Notes: generated from the sequence alone by a model not told the origin. DNA of 64,000 nucleotides from an uncultured Candidatus Saccharibacteria bacterium (GCA_964618905.1 CAZUDK010000003.1:9783-73782), one strand, 5' to 3'; shown: positions 1 through 8,561, numbered from the stretch's first letter. A program made the numbers and translations.

Positions 1-1
1 G

Positions 2-670
2 GATCAGCTGGTAGACAGAATAGTTGCTGCCCAATCTCATACAGACGCTTCTGTCATCAGAAAAGGTGTGCGAACTCAGACTGGCTCTTGGCGCGATGAT
101 GTCTTTAAAAATATTCGTGATGCTCTCGACGATCTCTCTCGTACACCTATATTCATAGACGACCAGCCGGGCAATACTATTCTTAAGATGCGATCTGCGG
201 CCAGAAAGCTCAAGATCGAGAAAGGCCTTAAACTGCTCATAGTCGATTATCTTCAGCTCATGGCTCCAACCAATACCAAAGCCTCGGACTCTATGACCCA
301 GCAGGTTACTGAAATCTCTCGCTCGCTCAAGCACTTGGCGCGCGAGCTCGATATACCTGTGGTGGCTCTCTCCCAACTATCTCGTGCAGTTGAGACTCGA
401 GGTGGCAAACCTAAGCTTTCAGACCTCAGAGATTCAGGTTCTATCGAGCAGGATGCGGACTTGGTGATGTTCATACATGCCGATCAGGAAGACTTGCGTG
501 ATGAATCAGGCAAGATGAAAGAAATTCAGAGAAAGGAACTTATCATCGCTAAGCACAGGAACGGTCCTCTCGGTTCAGCCATTTTGGACTATCATACCCG
601 CTTCAATACTTTCGTGGAGATAGACTACTCAAACTACGGCAAAGCAGAGGAAGAGTTCAGTAGCTTCTAA
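2..670 (+). CDS. dnaB: Replicative DNA helicase, C-terminal part (5' end outside window)
   Basis: Frame open from base 2; motifs IVDYLQL, SQLSR, LSDLRDSGSIEQDAD, IAKHRNG. Confidence 0.97.
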   Translation, partial: DQLVDRIVAAQSHTDASVIRKGVRTQTGSWRDDVFKNIRDALDDLSRTPIFIDDQPGNTILKMRSAARKLKIEKGLKLLIVDYLQLMAPTNTKASDSMTQQVTEISRSLKHLARELDIPVVALSQLSRAVETRGGKPKLSDLRDSGSIEQDADLVMFIHADQEDLRDESGKMKEIQRKELIIAKHRNGPLGSAILDYHTRFNTFVEIDYSNYGKAEEEFSSF

Positions 671-745
671 TTATTGACTTAGGAGTTATTTTGTGTTTGA
701 ATCAAACTAGAAGTTCGATATTCCACTACGTGCCGGAGAGAACAG

Positions 746-1039
746 ATGCTCAAAGACCTTAAGGTTGGACAAAGAATCGTTCGGGTTATTCCTCCGAAAT
801 ACTCCGAAATTGACGGAAAGGAAATCTTCCCAGAAGCAAGACAGCTTGGGAAGATAAAGGAAGTCGAAGGAGATCGAGTCATGGCGGTTTTTGTTGGTCC
901 GGACGGCGCGACAGCACCAGGCTGGTTTTATATTGAAACTGGCGAAAGTGAAGTCGACCACTGGTCAGACCACATAACCTTGCCAAAAGAAGGTGAGGTG
1001 TTCCATGAATCGGCTGAGAACTATTTCAGATTTCTTTAG
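746..1039 (+). CDS. Hypothetical protein (97 aa)
   Basis: ORF with GGAGAG SD-like site upstream and hairpin terminator downstream; no recognised motif. Confidence 0.65.
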   Translation: MLKDLKVGQRIVRVIPPKYSEIDGKEIFPEARQLGKIKEVEGDRVMAVFVGPDGATAPGWFYIETGESEVDHWSDHITLPKEGEVFHESAENYFRFL

Positions 1040-1063
1040 CCATTCCCCGCCCTGAGTCCGGAC

Positions 1064-1094
1064 AAACCCGTCCTACAGTTCAAGGGCGGGTTTT
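1064..1094 (+). terminator. Intrinsic terminator hairpin
   Basis: AAACCCGTCC...GGGCGGGTTTT. Confidence 0.6.
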
Positions 1095-1115
1095 CATTTG
1101 TGTTAAAATAGCTCA

Positions 1116-1724
1116 ATGAATTCCATAGACCGTCTTTCTGAAATCTTCGCTAAATTCCCCGGTATCGGCCCGCGCCAGGCCAAGCGCTTTGTGTATTATC
1201 TCCTATCCAAGAATCACGGCTCCACTGAAGAGCTTGTGCGGGCCATACAGGACCTAAAGCGTGAGATAGTACAGTGTCCTGATTGCATGCGGTATTTCGC
1301 AAAGAATGGACATGACAGCAAACTCTGTTCTGTATGTTCTGATGCAGAGAGAGATGCGTCTATGCTTATGATTATTCCTCGGGATATAGACTTTGAAGCA
1401 GTGGAGAAAAGCGGCAGCTTTAAAGGTTATTACTTTGTTCTTGGCGGTTCGGTGCCTATTCTTGAAAAGGAGCCGGAGAAGCGCATAAGGCTCTCAGAAC
1501 TCAAGAAGATTTTAGAAAAAAGAAAGGAAGCAGGCCTGGAAGAAGTGGTACTTGCTATGAATGCCAATGCCGAGGGTGAGAACACGGCTTTCCTTTTGAA
1601 AGATATATTCAAGGACCAGCCGCTTGCCTTCTCTGTGCTTGGCCGAGGCTTATCGACCGGCACTGAACTCGAATATGCCGACCCGGAGACGCTCAAGAGT
1701 GCTTTCTTGCATAGGACAAATTAA
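1116..1724 (+). CDS. recR: Recombination mediator RecR
   Basis: PGIGPRQAKR HhH, C4 zinc finger, Toprim EVVLAMNANAEGENTA, GTELEYAD. Confidence 0.95.
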   Translation: MNSIDRLSEIFAKFPGIGPRQAKRFVYYLLSKNHGSTEELVRAIQDLKREIVQCPDCMRYFAKNGHDSKLCSVCSDAERDASMLMIIPRDIDFEAVEKSGSFKGYYFVLGGSVPILEKEPEKRIRLSELKKILEKRKEAGLEEVVLAMNANAEGENTAFLLKDIFKDQPLAFSVLGRGLSTGTELEYADPETLKSAFLHRTN

Positions 1725-1752
1725 AAACTCCGGCGAGTGCCGGAGTTTTTAA
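1721..1752. terminator. Bidirectional terminator between recR and rplU
   Basis: TTAAAAACTCCGGC-GAGT-GCCGGAGTTTTTAA perfect stem with A/T flanks. Confidence 0.85.
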
Positions 1753-1758
1753 TTTAAT

Positions 1759-2178
1759 TTATTTTATTGAATCAATGGTTATTTCAAAGTAAGGCTGGCG
1801 GTGGCCGTAGCGCTTGAAGTACCGGGACTTCGGCTTGTATTTAATCACCTCAATTTTCTTTGCTTTGCCGATCTTCTTTAAAGTAGCGCTCACTGATGCT
1901 CCCTTGATGAAAGGAGTGCCGAGAGTAATATTGTCTTTGTCGCCTGTAAGCAGGACGTCTGTGAATATCAGCTTATCGCCTTCTTTATACTCCTCTCTGC
2001 CGGCACCTTTTACCTCTCCGAGAATTTTCTCGATCTTGATAGTATCTCCTTCCCTTACCAAATACTGCTTGCCGCCTGTAGCAAATACGGAGAATTTGTC
2101 AGCCTCTTTTCGAGCAGCTTTTGCGGGCGATTTCTTGGTTTCTGGAGCCTTTTTCTTTTCTGCTGTAGCTTCTGTCAT
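1759..2178 (-). CDS. rplU: 50S ribosomal protein L21
   Basis: TGGKQYLV, GHRQPY motifs; lysine/alanine-rich N-terminal extension. Confidence 0.95.
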   Translation of the reverse strand: MTEATAEKKKAPETKKSPAKAARKEADKFSVFATGGKQYLVREGDTIKIEKILGEVKGAGREEYKEGDKLIFTDVLLTGDKDNITLGTPFIKGASVSATLKKIGKAKKIEVIKYKPKSRYFKRYGHRQPYFEITIDSIK

Positions 2179-2227
2179 AGGTCATATATTCTACATATTT
2201 AGCTCTAAAAGGCAAGAACCGCCGCTC

Positions 2228-2545
2228 CTAGTGGAGCGGCGGGTATGGCATGAACGGGTATGATTCAGCTTCTCCAGGCTTGGGAGGCATGCAGGCGGAG
2301 CAGACCTCAAGTCCGCACCTCTCGCACCAGGTCACTCTTTCCATAGGCTTTTTGCACTTGTTACAAATAAGATCTGCTGTCACATCCTGGTCTATTTTGG
2401 AGAAATCTGCATTGCAGATGTCGAGCAGAAATGTGTAGCGGATTTCGTGCTCTGTTTGTTCTCCCTCTCTAGGAGGATCCAGAGTGAGTTTGAGAAGCAG
2501 CTCTTTCAGGTGCTTGCGGTTGCGGATGATGAGTTTGTTAGCCAT
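2228..2545 (-). CDS. Hypothetical protein with C-terminal Cys cluster (possible zinc finger)
   Basis: CNKC..CERC..CSAC; AGGAGGAG SD; hairpin 2219-2242 at its stop. Confidence 0.65.
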   Translation of the reverse strand: MANKLIIRNRKHLKELLLKLTLDPPREGEQTEHEIRYTFLLDICNADFSKIDQDVTADLICNKCKKPMERVTWCERCGLEVCSACMPPKPGEAESYPFMPYPPLH

Positions 2546-2600
2546 AACTCCTCCTAAGTAAGAGAATCCGCTTTAGTTTCTTCAGTCTTGCGATAGCCTA

Positions 2601-3674
2601 CTATTCGAGCGATGGCTTGTCCAGAGAGAGCGGCTCGAGGCCGATGCTTTTATCTGTTATGCGCAGTATGTCTTTGTCGATTTTCTTGAATTCCTTTCCA
2701 GAAGTATTGTAGTGGTTAATGACAGTCCCAAGCGCTTTGCCAAGTTTGTTGTGGTATTCGCCGTAGGATGCTAGGTGCTTCTGGAGTTCTCCAATGTTTT
2801 TTATTATATCCTTGGCTTCTTCTTGTATCTTTGCCCGCTTATTGCCGAAAAGTATTGTCTGCAGATATGCAAGGAAAGTGGTCGGCGAAGCGATAATGAC
2901 GTTTTTCTGCTGGTAGGCATATGTAATCAAGTCCTGCGAGTTTATGCCCACTCCCACATCATTATTAAGCAGGTCGTAGTAGATGCCTTCGGCTGGTATA
3001 AACATGAAAGCGTAAGGCAAAGTCCCCTCTTCTATCCTTATGTATTTTGATGTTTCGTCGATCCTTTTCTTTACATCATTCCTGAAATCCTTGCGGTAAG
3101 ACTCGCGGCGCTCATCGTCTGTCTCATCCATAAGGCGCATGTAGTTTTCCAAAGGAAATTTGGCATCTACAGGTACAATTCCATCTGGGGTTTTAATGGC
3201 GAAGTCTACTTTCTCGCCATCTTTAAAAGCATATTGAAATTCATACTGGCCGGGCAGGACGTTTGAAAGTATTAGTTCAAGGGAAGCCTCTCCTAGGTTG
3301 CCTCGCTGCTTCTGGTTCTTTAAGACTTTTTCCAGATTTCTTAGCTGCTCTGCAATTATGAATACTTGTTTTGTGGACTCCTTGGTTTCGCTTACGCCTT
3401 TGATCACTTCTATGAGCTGATCGGAGATCTGCTTGGTAATAGCTGTCATAAGCTTTTGAGCTTGGCCGGATTGGGAGTTCATGAAATCGTGCATGGTCTT
3501 GTTCCCTTCTCCAAGCTTGTGGTCAAGAGTTCTGGAAAGATCATTAAACTGCTGCAGAAGCAAGTTGAATCCTTCTCCGCCCTCCTTTTTCTCTGCCGTC
3601 TTCTTCCAGAAGAGGTAGAGAACCCCAGTATTGGCAAGGAGGAGTATAAGCACTATCCAGAGCAAATTATCCAT
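2601..3674 (-). CDS. rmuC: DNA recombination protein RmuC
   Basis: N-terminal TM and coiled coil, RGNLGE, VDAKFP, MFIPAEG, SPTT; ATG 3674 chosen just after TATAAT. Confidence 0.92.
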   Translation of the reverse strand: MDNLLWIVLILLLANTGVLYLFWKKTAEKKEGGEGFNLLLQQFNDLSRTLDHKLGEGNKTMHDFMNSQSGQAQKLMTAITKQISDQLIEVIKGVSETKESTKQVFIIAEQLRNLEKVLKNQKQRGNLGEASLELILSNVLPGQYEFQYAFKDGEKVDFAIKTPDGIVPVDAKFPLENYMRLMDETDDERRESYRKDFRNDVKKRIDETSKYIRIEEGTLPYAFMFIPAEGIYYDLLNNDVGVGINSQDLITYAYQQKNVIIASPTTFLAYLQTILFGNKRAKIQEEAKDIIKNIGELQKHLASYGEYHNKLGKALGTVINHYNTSGKEFKKIDKDILRITDKSIGLEPLSLDKPSLE

Positions 3675-3694
3675 GCCTGTATTATAATGGATAT

Positions 3695-4150
3695 ATGTCA
3701 CTACACCAAGATATTCGCGAGGAGCTCAAAGAAGCCATGAAGGCCAAGGATACTGTGAAGCTTTCCGTCATCCGCGGTCTTCTTTCAGCCTTTACCAATG
3801 AAGCTGTAGCCAAGGGCAAGAAGCCTGATGAAGAGCTTTCTGACGATGACGTATTAACTGTCATTCGCAGGCAGACCAAGCAAAGAAAAGATTCCATAGA
3901 GCAGTTCGAGAAAGGCGGCAGACCGGAGCTTTCAGAGGATGAGAAGGCTGAGCTGGCAATACTTGAAAGCTATCTGCCGGCAATGATGCCTGAAGAGGAA
4001 GTCAAAGCCTTTGTAGAAAAGAAGAAGGCAGAACTTGGCATTACAGACAAGTCAGGCGCAGGGCAGCTTACAGGCGCTGTAATGAAGGATCTGAAGGGAA
4101 AGGCAGATGGTGCTGTAGTTAAGCAGGCTGTGGACAGTCTTCTTAGCTGA
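3695..4150 (+). CDS. GatB/YqeY domain protein
   Basis: LKEAMKAKD, KQRKDSIEQF, EKAELAILESYLP, KGKADG. Confidence 0.93.
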   Translation: MSLHQDIREELKEAMKAKDTVKLSVIRGLLSAFTNEAVAKGKKPDEELSDDDVLTVIRRQTKQRKDSIEQFEKGGRPELSEDEKAELAILESYLPAMMPEEEVKAFVEKKKAELGITDKSGAGQLTGAVMKDLKGKADGAVVKQAVDSLLS

Positions 4151-4223
4151 GCTTGACTATATAGTAATTTTGTGATAATCTAGAAGTAGAGACCGATGCA
4201 GCTTTCTCTTTCAAGGAGGATGT

Positions 4224-4532
4224 ATGCCGGTTAAGGTTCGTGAAGATCTGGAGGAGCTGGTTGAGCGCCTGGCGAGAGAGTTCGATAGGCGTCGCCAGTC
4301 CAATACTGGCGAAGACAGGTCAAAGGCTCTGCAGGTAATTCTCAGTTCGTCTGAGGAATACCTGCATGGCACTCCCGAGTTCCGAGAGGAACTCGCTGGG
4401 CTGGTCTACGATCGCCAGATAGAGTTGTTCTGCGAACGCTTTTGCGCCCGAGGGCACGAAGCTGCAGACATTCGACCGACCGTGAAGTATAACGGTTGGC
4501 TGGATGAATTCGAAAATCGCAGAGCAAGTTAA
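4224..4532 (+). CDS. Hypothetical protein (102 aa)
   Basis: TTGACT..GATAAT promoter, AAGGAGG SD, terminator 4552-4579. Confidence 0.65.
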   Translation: MPVKVREDLEELVERLAREFDRRRQSNTGEDRSKALQVILSSSEEYLHGTPEFREELAGLVYDRQIELFCERFCARGHEAADIRPTVKYNGWLDEFENRRAS

Positions 4533-4551
4533 CTCTGCGGGGTCTGTTGTG

Positions 4552-4579
4552 AGAGGGGTCATATACGACCCCTCTTTTT
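4552..4579 (+). terminator. Intrinsic terminator
   Basis: AGAGGGGTC-ATATAC-GACCCCTCT followed by T run. Confidence 0.8.
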
Positions 4580-4656
4580 ATTATTGACCCGAAAATTTTT
4601 ATATTCTATTCTTGGCTTTAGAATCCGCTCACATAATGAACCTAAAGGAGGCTGCT

Positions 4657-5241
4657 ATGACCAAGGAAGATTTGGCCGTCCTCCGCTCGGTTCCAAAATC
4701 GAGGAGGATCTATCTCCGAGGATTTATCAAGGAGAAGTCTGCCGACAAATTCATTGATAATTTCAATGAGTTGGCCAGAAGTCCGAAACCCATCCGGCTG
4801 GTGGTCTACTCTCCAGGAGGAGAAACGGACGCTGCTATCTGCATCTATAATGCGGTTAAGCAAGCCCGAGGGCCTGTATTCGGAGTGGTTGGTAAGAAAG
4901 CGTCTTCCGGTGCTCTGATGATCCTTCAGGCATGCACAGTAAGGTTGGCGCGGGTAAATGCCAGCTTCAATATTCATCCGAACTTTTATGCAGTTCATGT
5001 CAAAATTTGGGCTGGCATGAATCGGGAAGAGAGAGTTCAGCAGTTCCGAGATACAATGGAGATATATGAGCCGGCCTTGATGGATGAGTGGATTGATTCT
5101 GTCTACCCCATCTATAAACGCATCGAAGAGAAAGGCAAATCGCAAGAGGAGTTCATGAAGTTCATCTCGAAAGATCCGGTCCTCTCTCCCAAGAAAGCTC
5201 TGGAGTGGGGGCTCATCGACGACATCATCGGTAAAAGCTGA
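4657..5241 (+). CDS. Divergent ClpP-family serine protease
   Basis: YSPGG, ASSG (Ser), IHP (His), KDPVLSPKKALEWGLID; AAGGAGG SD before ATG 4657. Confidence 0.8.
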   Translation: MTKEDLAVLRSVPKSRRIYLRGFIKEKSADKFIDNFNELARSPKPIRLVVYSPGGETDAAICIYNAVKQARGPVFGVVGKKASSGALMILQACTVRLARVNASFNIHPNFYAVHVKIWAGMNREERVQQFRDTMEIYEPALMDEWIDSVYPIYKRIEEKGKSQEEFMKFISKDPVLSPKKALEWGLIDDIIGKS

Positions 5242-5255
5242 TGAAGGAGTTGTAT

Positions 5256-5291
5256 AAAGCTCCGGATCCATTTTGGATTCGGGGCTTTTTT
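5256..5291 (+). terminator. Intrinsic terminator
   Basis: AAAGCTCCGGATCCA-TTT-TGGATTCGGGGCTTTTTT. Confidence 0.8.
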
Positions 5292-5356
5292 ATTTGCAAA
5301 ATATAAATATTTTACTCGAGAGCGACGGAGCCTATTTCACTCCCCTTGCCGCGATT

Positions 5357-5381
5357 GAAAGAGGAATTATCTTTGTACGTT
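5357..5381 (+). promoter_or_regulatory. Putative ECF-sigma promoter GAAAG-N16-CGTT
   Basis: One of ten GWAAS-N16-CGTY sites upstream of envelope/stress genes. Confidence 0.6.
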
Positions 5382-5499
5382 TGGCAGATGTAGGGAGTTT
5401 TCCAAGCTATTAAAGCAAGAAAGATTCCCTACCTCATCTTGCTTTTAGTGAAAAGATGAGAATTATCAGTTAAACATTATAAGTTAATCATATAATAAT

Positions 5500-7140
5500 A
5501 TGAGCAGAATAATTGAAAGGCATCAGAGTTTGCCAAAGAATTTGAAAAAAATGATTGGCTATGCAGCTTTTGTTGCCCTCATACTCCAGCTTTTCATATC
5601 TGGAATTTCAGGCAGCAATACTGCTAATGCTCAAACCTCCGATGCATCTCTTACCGTTACTAAAATAGTAAACGGCGGAAGTTTGGGTGTTGGAGATTTC
5701 GATCTCTTCGTTAACTCCACTGCCGTTACCAGCGGTATACCACTGGTATTCTCTTCCTCAACCATTCCTACAGCACCTCTGACCGTGTCTGAAACCCCAG
5801 TTGCTGGGTATACAGCTACGTTCTCTGGAGACTGTGATGCATCCGGTATGGTTACTCTCTCATCTGGAGTTGATGCGCAATGTATCATAACTAATACATT
5901 TGCTTCGACGACAGGACCTTCTGTAGACATTGATATCAATGGCTCAGACGGACCTGTAACTATCACAGATGGAGACGACTGGAACTACAGTTGGACATCA
6001 AGCGGTGCTACAGCCTGTGAGATTACTTCTCCGACAGGTACTTCCGGAGTATCTCTCTCCGGAAGCGGCGGACCGATAACACCGAGCCATGCTTGGTATC
6101 CTTCCGTGGGTAGCCCTACGACTTTGACTCTTGATTGTACGGACGGTACATCTAGTGTGTCTGACTCCGTAACGATCAATGTAGTCAGTGCTACTACCTC
6201 CGATGCATCTCTTACCGTTACTAAAATAGTAAACGGCGGAAGTTTGGGTGTTGGAGATTTCGATCTCTTCGTTAACTCCACTGCCGTTACCAGCGGTATA
6301 CCACTGGTATTCTCTTCCTCAACCATTCCTACAGCACCTCTGACCGTGTCTGAAACCCCAGTTGCTGGGTATACAGCTACGTTCTCTGGAGACTGTGATG
6401 CATCCGGTATGGTTACTCTCTCATCTGGAGTTGATGCGCAATGTATCATAACTAATACATTTGCTTCGACGACAGCTACAACTACTTCTCTTACAGTTAC
6501 TAAAGTGGTAAACGGCGGAAGTAGAGTAGTAAGCGACTTCCCACTCTTCGTTAATGGTATGCCTATAACAAGTGGTGTTGCTACGACTACTCTTGCTGCT
6601 GGAACATACTTTATATCTGAGCAAAGCAACTCAAACTACAGTGCTGCTTTCTCAGGCGACTGTGCAGCAAATGGTTCAGTTACCATTGCAGTAGGAGTGC
6701 CTGCTAACTGTGTTCTAACAAACACCTTTACTGGGACCACTACTGTAGTTGTTCCAGGTAACGTTAATGTTCCGGATGTGAATGTAAATGTTGAGAGCGG
6801 TGATGTTAATGCTGGGGATGTGAACACAGGAGATGTGAATGTTGATCTTGGAGGTGGAGCATTCCCTGTTGCCTTCCCAACCACTGTTGCTGTTCCTGGC
6901 CAAGTCTTGGGTGCAAGATCTGTAATACCTACATATATTGTACCTTCAAGCGGTCAAGTTTTAGGTGCTCAGTCTTATGTACCGGGCCTACCTTCAACTG
7001 GAGCAGAACCTCTAAGCGAGAAATTGCCTGAAATCAGCCTGATGGTTTTTGCTGGATTTCTAGCATTACTCGGTGCCAGTCTTATATTAGCTCCGAATCC
7101 GCGCTTACAATCTTCAGATAAGATTGGAGATGAGCAATAA
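5500..7140 (+). CDS. Secreted Thr/Ser-rich surface protein with three repeated Cys-containing beta domains and C-terminal LPSTG sorting signal plus TM
   Basis: Signal peptide ending ANA-Q; repeats LTVTK.VNGG...FSGDC...C..TNTF; PGLPSTGA then hydrophobic helix. Confidence 0.85.
   Translation: MSRIIERHQSLPKNLKKMIGYAAFVALILQLFISGISGSNTANAQTSDASLTVTKIVNGGSLGVGDFDLFVNSTAVTSGIPLVFSSSTIPTAPLTVSETPVAGYTATFSGDCDASGMVTLSSGVDAQCIITNTFASTTGPSVDIDINGSDGPVTITDGDDWNYSWTSSGATACEITSPTGTSGVSLSGSGGPITPSHAWYPSVGSPTTLTLDCTDGTSSVSDSVTINVVSATTSDASLTVTKIVNGGSLGVGDFDLFVNSTAVTSGIPLVFSSSTIPTAPLTVSETPVAGYTATFSGDCDASGMVTLSSGVDAQCIITNTFASTTATTTSLTVTKVVNGGSRVVSDFPLFVNGMPITSGVATTTLAAGTYFISEQSNSNYSAAFSGDCAANGSVTIAVGVPANCVLTNTFTGTTTVVVPGNVNVPDVNVNVESGDVNAGDVNTGDVNVDLGGGAFPVAFPTTVAVPGQVLGARSVIPTYIVPSSGQVLGAQSYVPGLPSTGAEPLSEKLPEISLMVFAGFLALLGASLILAPNPRLQSSDKIGDEQ
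5635..6475 (+). repeat. Perfect 280-bp direct repeat (5635-5914 = 6196-6475)
   Basis: Copies compared base by base, offset 561 bp, in frame. Confidence 0.95.
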
Positions 7141-7825
7141 GCTGCCTCATTATACGGATTTCTTGGGCTTCTTTAGAAGAAGCACTTGGAGTAAGTAGCG
7201 CATCTGGTATGTCACTAGCTACAACGGTAGACTGCGTAGTTCCAACGGACTGCGCAGTTTTACCGTTAGGCACAGTTAAATAATTTGCAATCTTTACCGG
7301 ACGGTAAATTGTTGAATTTTGTCTTGAAGCTGAAGTGGGAGATTTTTTACCGAAATAAACAACCACATAAGAAGCCGGTGACCCATTGTAGTATCCAGAA
7401 GTTACCCCAACTCCTACATCTTCATAAGAGCCTTCAAGAATGTTTTCCATGTGCTTTGGTGAAGCCATCCACCTATCTGAAAGTACTTCTGTGTTCTCTA
7501 TACCCATAGCTAGGTTTTCTCCTGCAAGAGTATAGCTATATCCAGCTTGTGAAAGGTTTGGCCATGGAGTGCCAGCTGGAGCAGAGATGTGGTAAATGCG
7601 ACCTTCCTCGGCCAAGAACTGAGAACGGCTCTGAGCTACTTTAGAGAGAGTTGCGTCTACTTTCAAGCTGTTGAGACCTCTCTCCTGCCTCTCTATATTC
7701 ATATTATTAATGATCGTGGGGATATCACCTCTTGTAAGAGTTGGATAAGCTTGAGCGTCTACATTAGCGGGTAAAACTGTTAGTAAGAAAAACGATAAAC
7801 AAAAAATAACAATATTGAACTTCAT
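7082..7825 (-). CDS. CAP/SCP domain secreted protein
   Basis: Signal peptide; NIERQERGL, AGENLA, WMASPKHMENIL, DVGVG. Confidence 0.88.
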   Translation of the reverse strand: MKFNIVIFCLSFFLLTVLPANVDAQAYPTLTRGDIPTIINNMNIERQERGLNSLKVDATLSKVAQSRSQFLAEEGRIYHISAPAGTPWPNLSQAGYSYTLAGENLAMGIENTEVLSDRWMASPKHMENILEGSYEDVGVGVTSGYYNGSPASYVVVYFGKKSPTSASRQNSTIYRPVKIANYLTVPNGKTAQSVGTTQSTVVASDIPDALLTPSASSKEAQEIRIMRQLIAHLQSYLKIVSADSELI

Positions 7826-7939
7826 AAACATTTATTAAAAAATAACGCTCAACATTATACATACATGAGCTTGAAATAAAACAAGTCTGATTCATTAGGC
7901 GACTCTTTCTTTTTTATTCAAGCTCAGCAGCTTATATTC

Positions 7940-8197
7940 TCAGCCGTTTTTTAGAAAACCTTCTTCTTTCAAAATCAATATCTTTTTGGCTGCTCCCCTG
8001 TTATAGCCTCCTGTTTTTCCATTTGAGCGTATTACTCTATGACAAGGTATTTTGGGGTCATAGTTCTTATTTAAAATATTTCCTACAGCTCTGTAGGCCT
8101 TCGGCCGGCCAACTTTCTCTGCAACTTCTTTATATGTAAGAGTTTTTCCTTTTGGAATTTGCTTTACAACGGAATAAATCTGGTCTTTGAATGACAT
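7940..8197 (-). CDS. MGMT-family methylated-DNA--protein-cysteine methyltransferase (DNA-binding domain only)
   Basis: IPKGKTLTYKEVA, RAVG, IPCHRV active-site motif. Confidence 0.9.
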   Translation of the reverse strand: MSFKDQIYSVVKQIPKGKTLTYKEVAEKVGRPKAYRAVGNILNKNYDPKIPCHRVIRSNGKTGGYNRGAAKKILILKEEGFLKNG

Positions 8198-8206
8198 AAG
8201 AGTTTT

Positions 8207-8444
8207 TGGTGACCCTACGGGAACTCGGAAACCCACGGTTTTCCGAAACCTTCCTCTACGGGAGAGGATTATCCTCTCCCGACCCCTCTCCTCCCCGTAG
8301 GGTCATTTTTCACCTTGTGACCCTACGGGGAATCGGTCACAAATAAATTTCCTTCGGAAATTTTTCGCGACCCCGCCTCGGCTACAATTGCTTCGCAATC
8401 GGCTTCGCGCCTCCGTCTTTCGATTCCCCACAGGGACCCGTCAA
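8207..8444 (-). repeat. Two tandem fold-back elements made of direct and inverted tRNA-Glu 3'-end copies
   Basis: Direct copies 8315-8335 (21 bp identical to 8487-8507) and 8207-8221; inverted copies 8419-8435 and 8292-8305; internal hairpins. Confidence 0.85.
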
Positions 8445-8489
8445 CATTGCTAAAATCGGAGTGCTCCGCACCCCAATTAAAGCAAGTTG

Positions 8490-8561
8490 TGACCCTACGG
8501 GGAATCGAACCCCGATTACCGCCTTGAGAAGGCGATGTCCTAACCGTTAGACGATAGGGCC
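8490..8561 (-). tRNA. tRNA-Glu (anticodon CTC), CCA not encoded
   Basis: GGCCCTA/TAGGGTC acceptor, TCGCC-TTCTCAA-GGCGG anticodon arm, GGGGTTCGATTCCCC T arm. Confidence 0.95.

Noticed and set aside
4642-5271. Long antisense ORFs (also 1814-2263, 5985-6629, 25983-26540, 51580-52098, 56807-57493)
   Set aside because: They shadow well-supported genes on the opposite strand and have no motifs or translation signals.
8207-8507. CRISPR array interpretation of the tRNA-Glu repeats
   Set aside because: Repeats are tRNA 3' ends, spacing is irregular (108 and 172 bp), inverted copies are present and no cas genes are seen.
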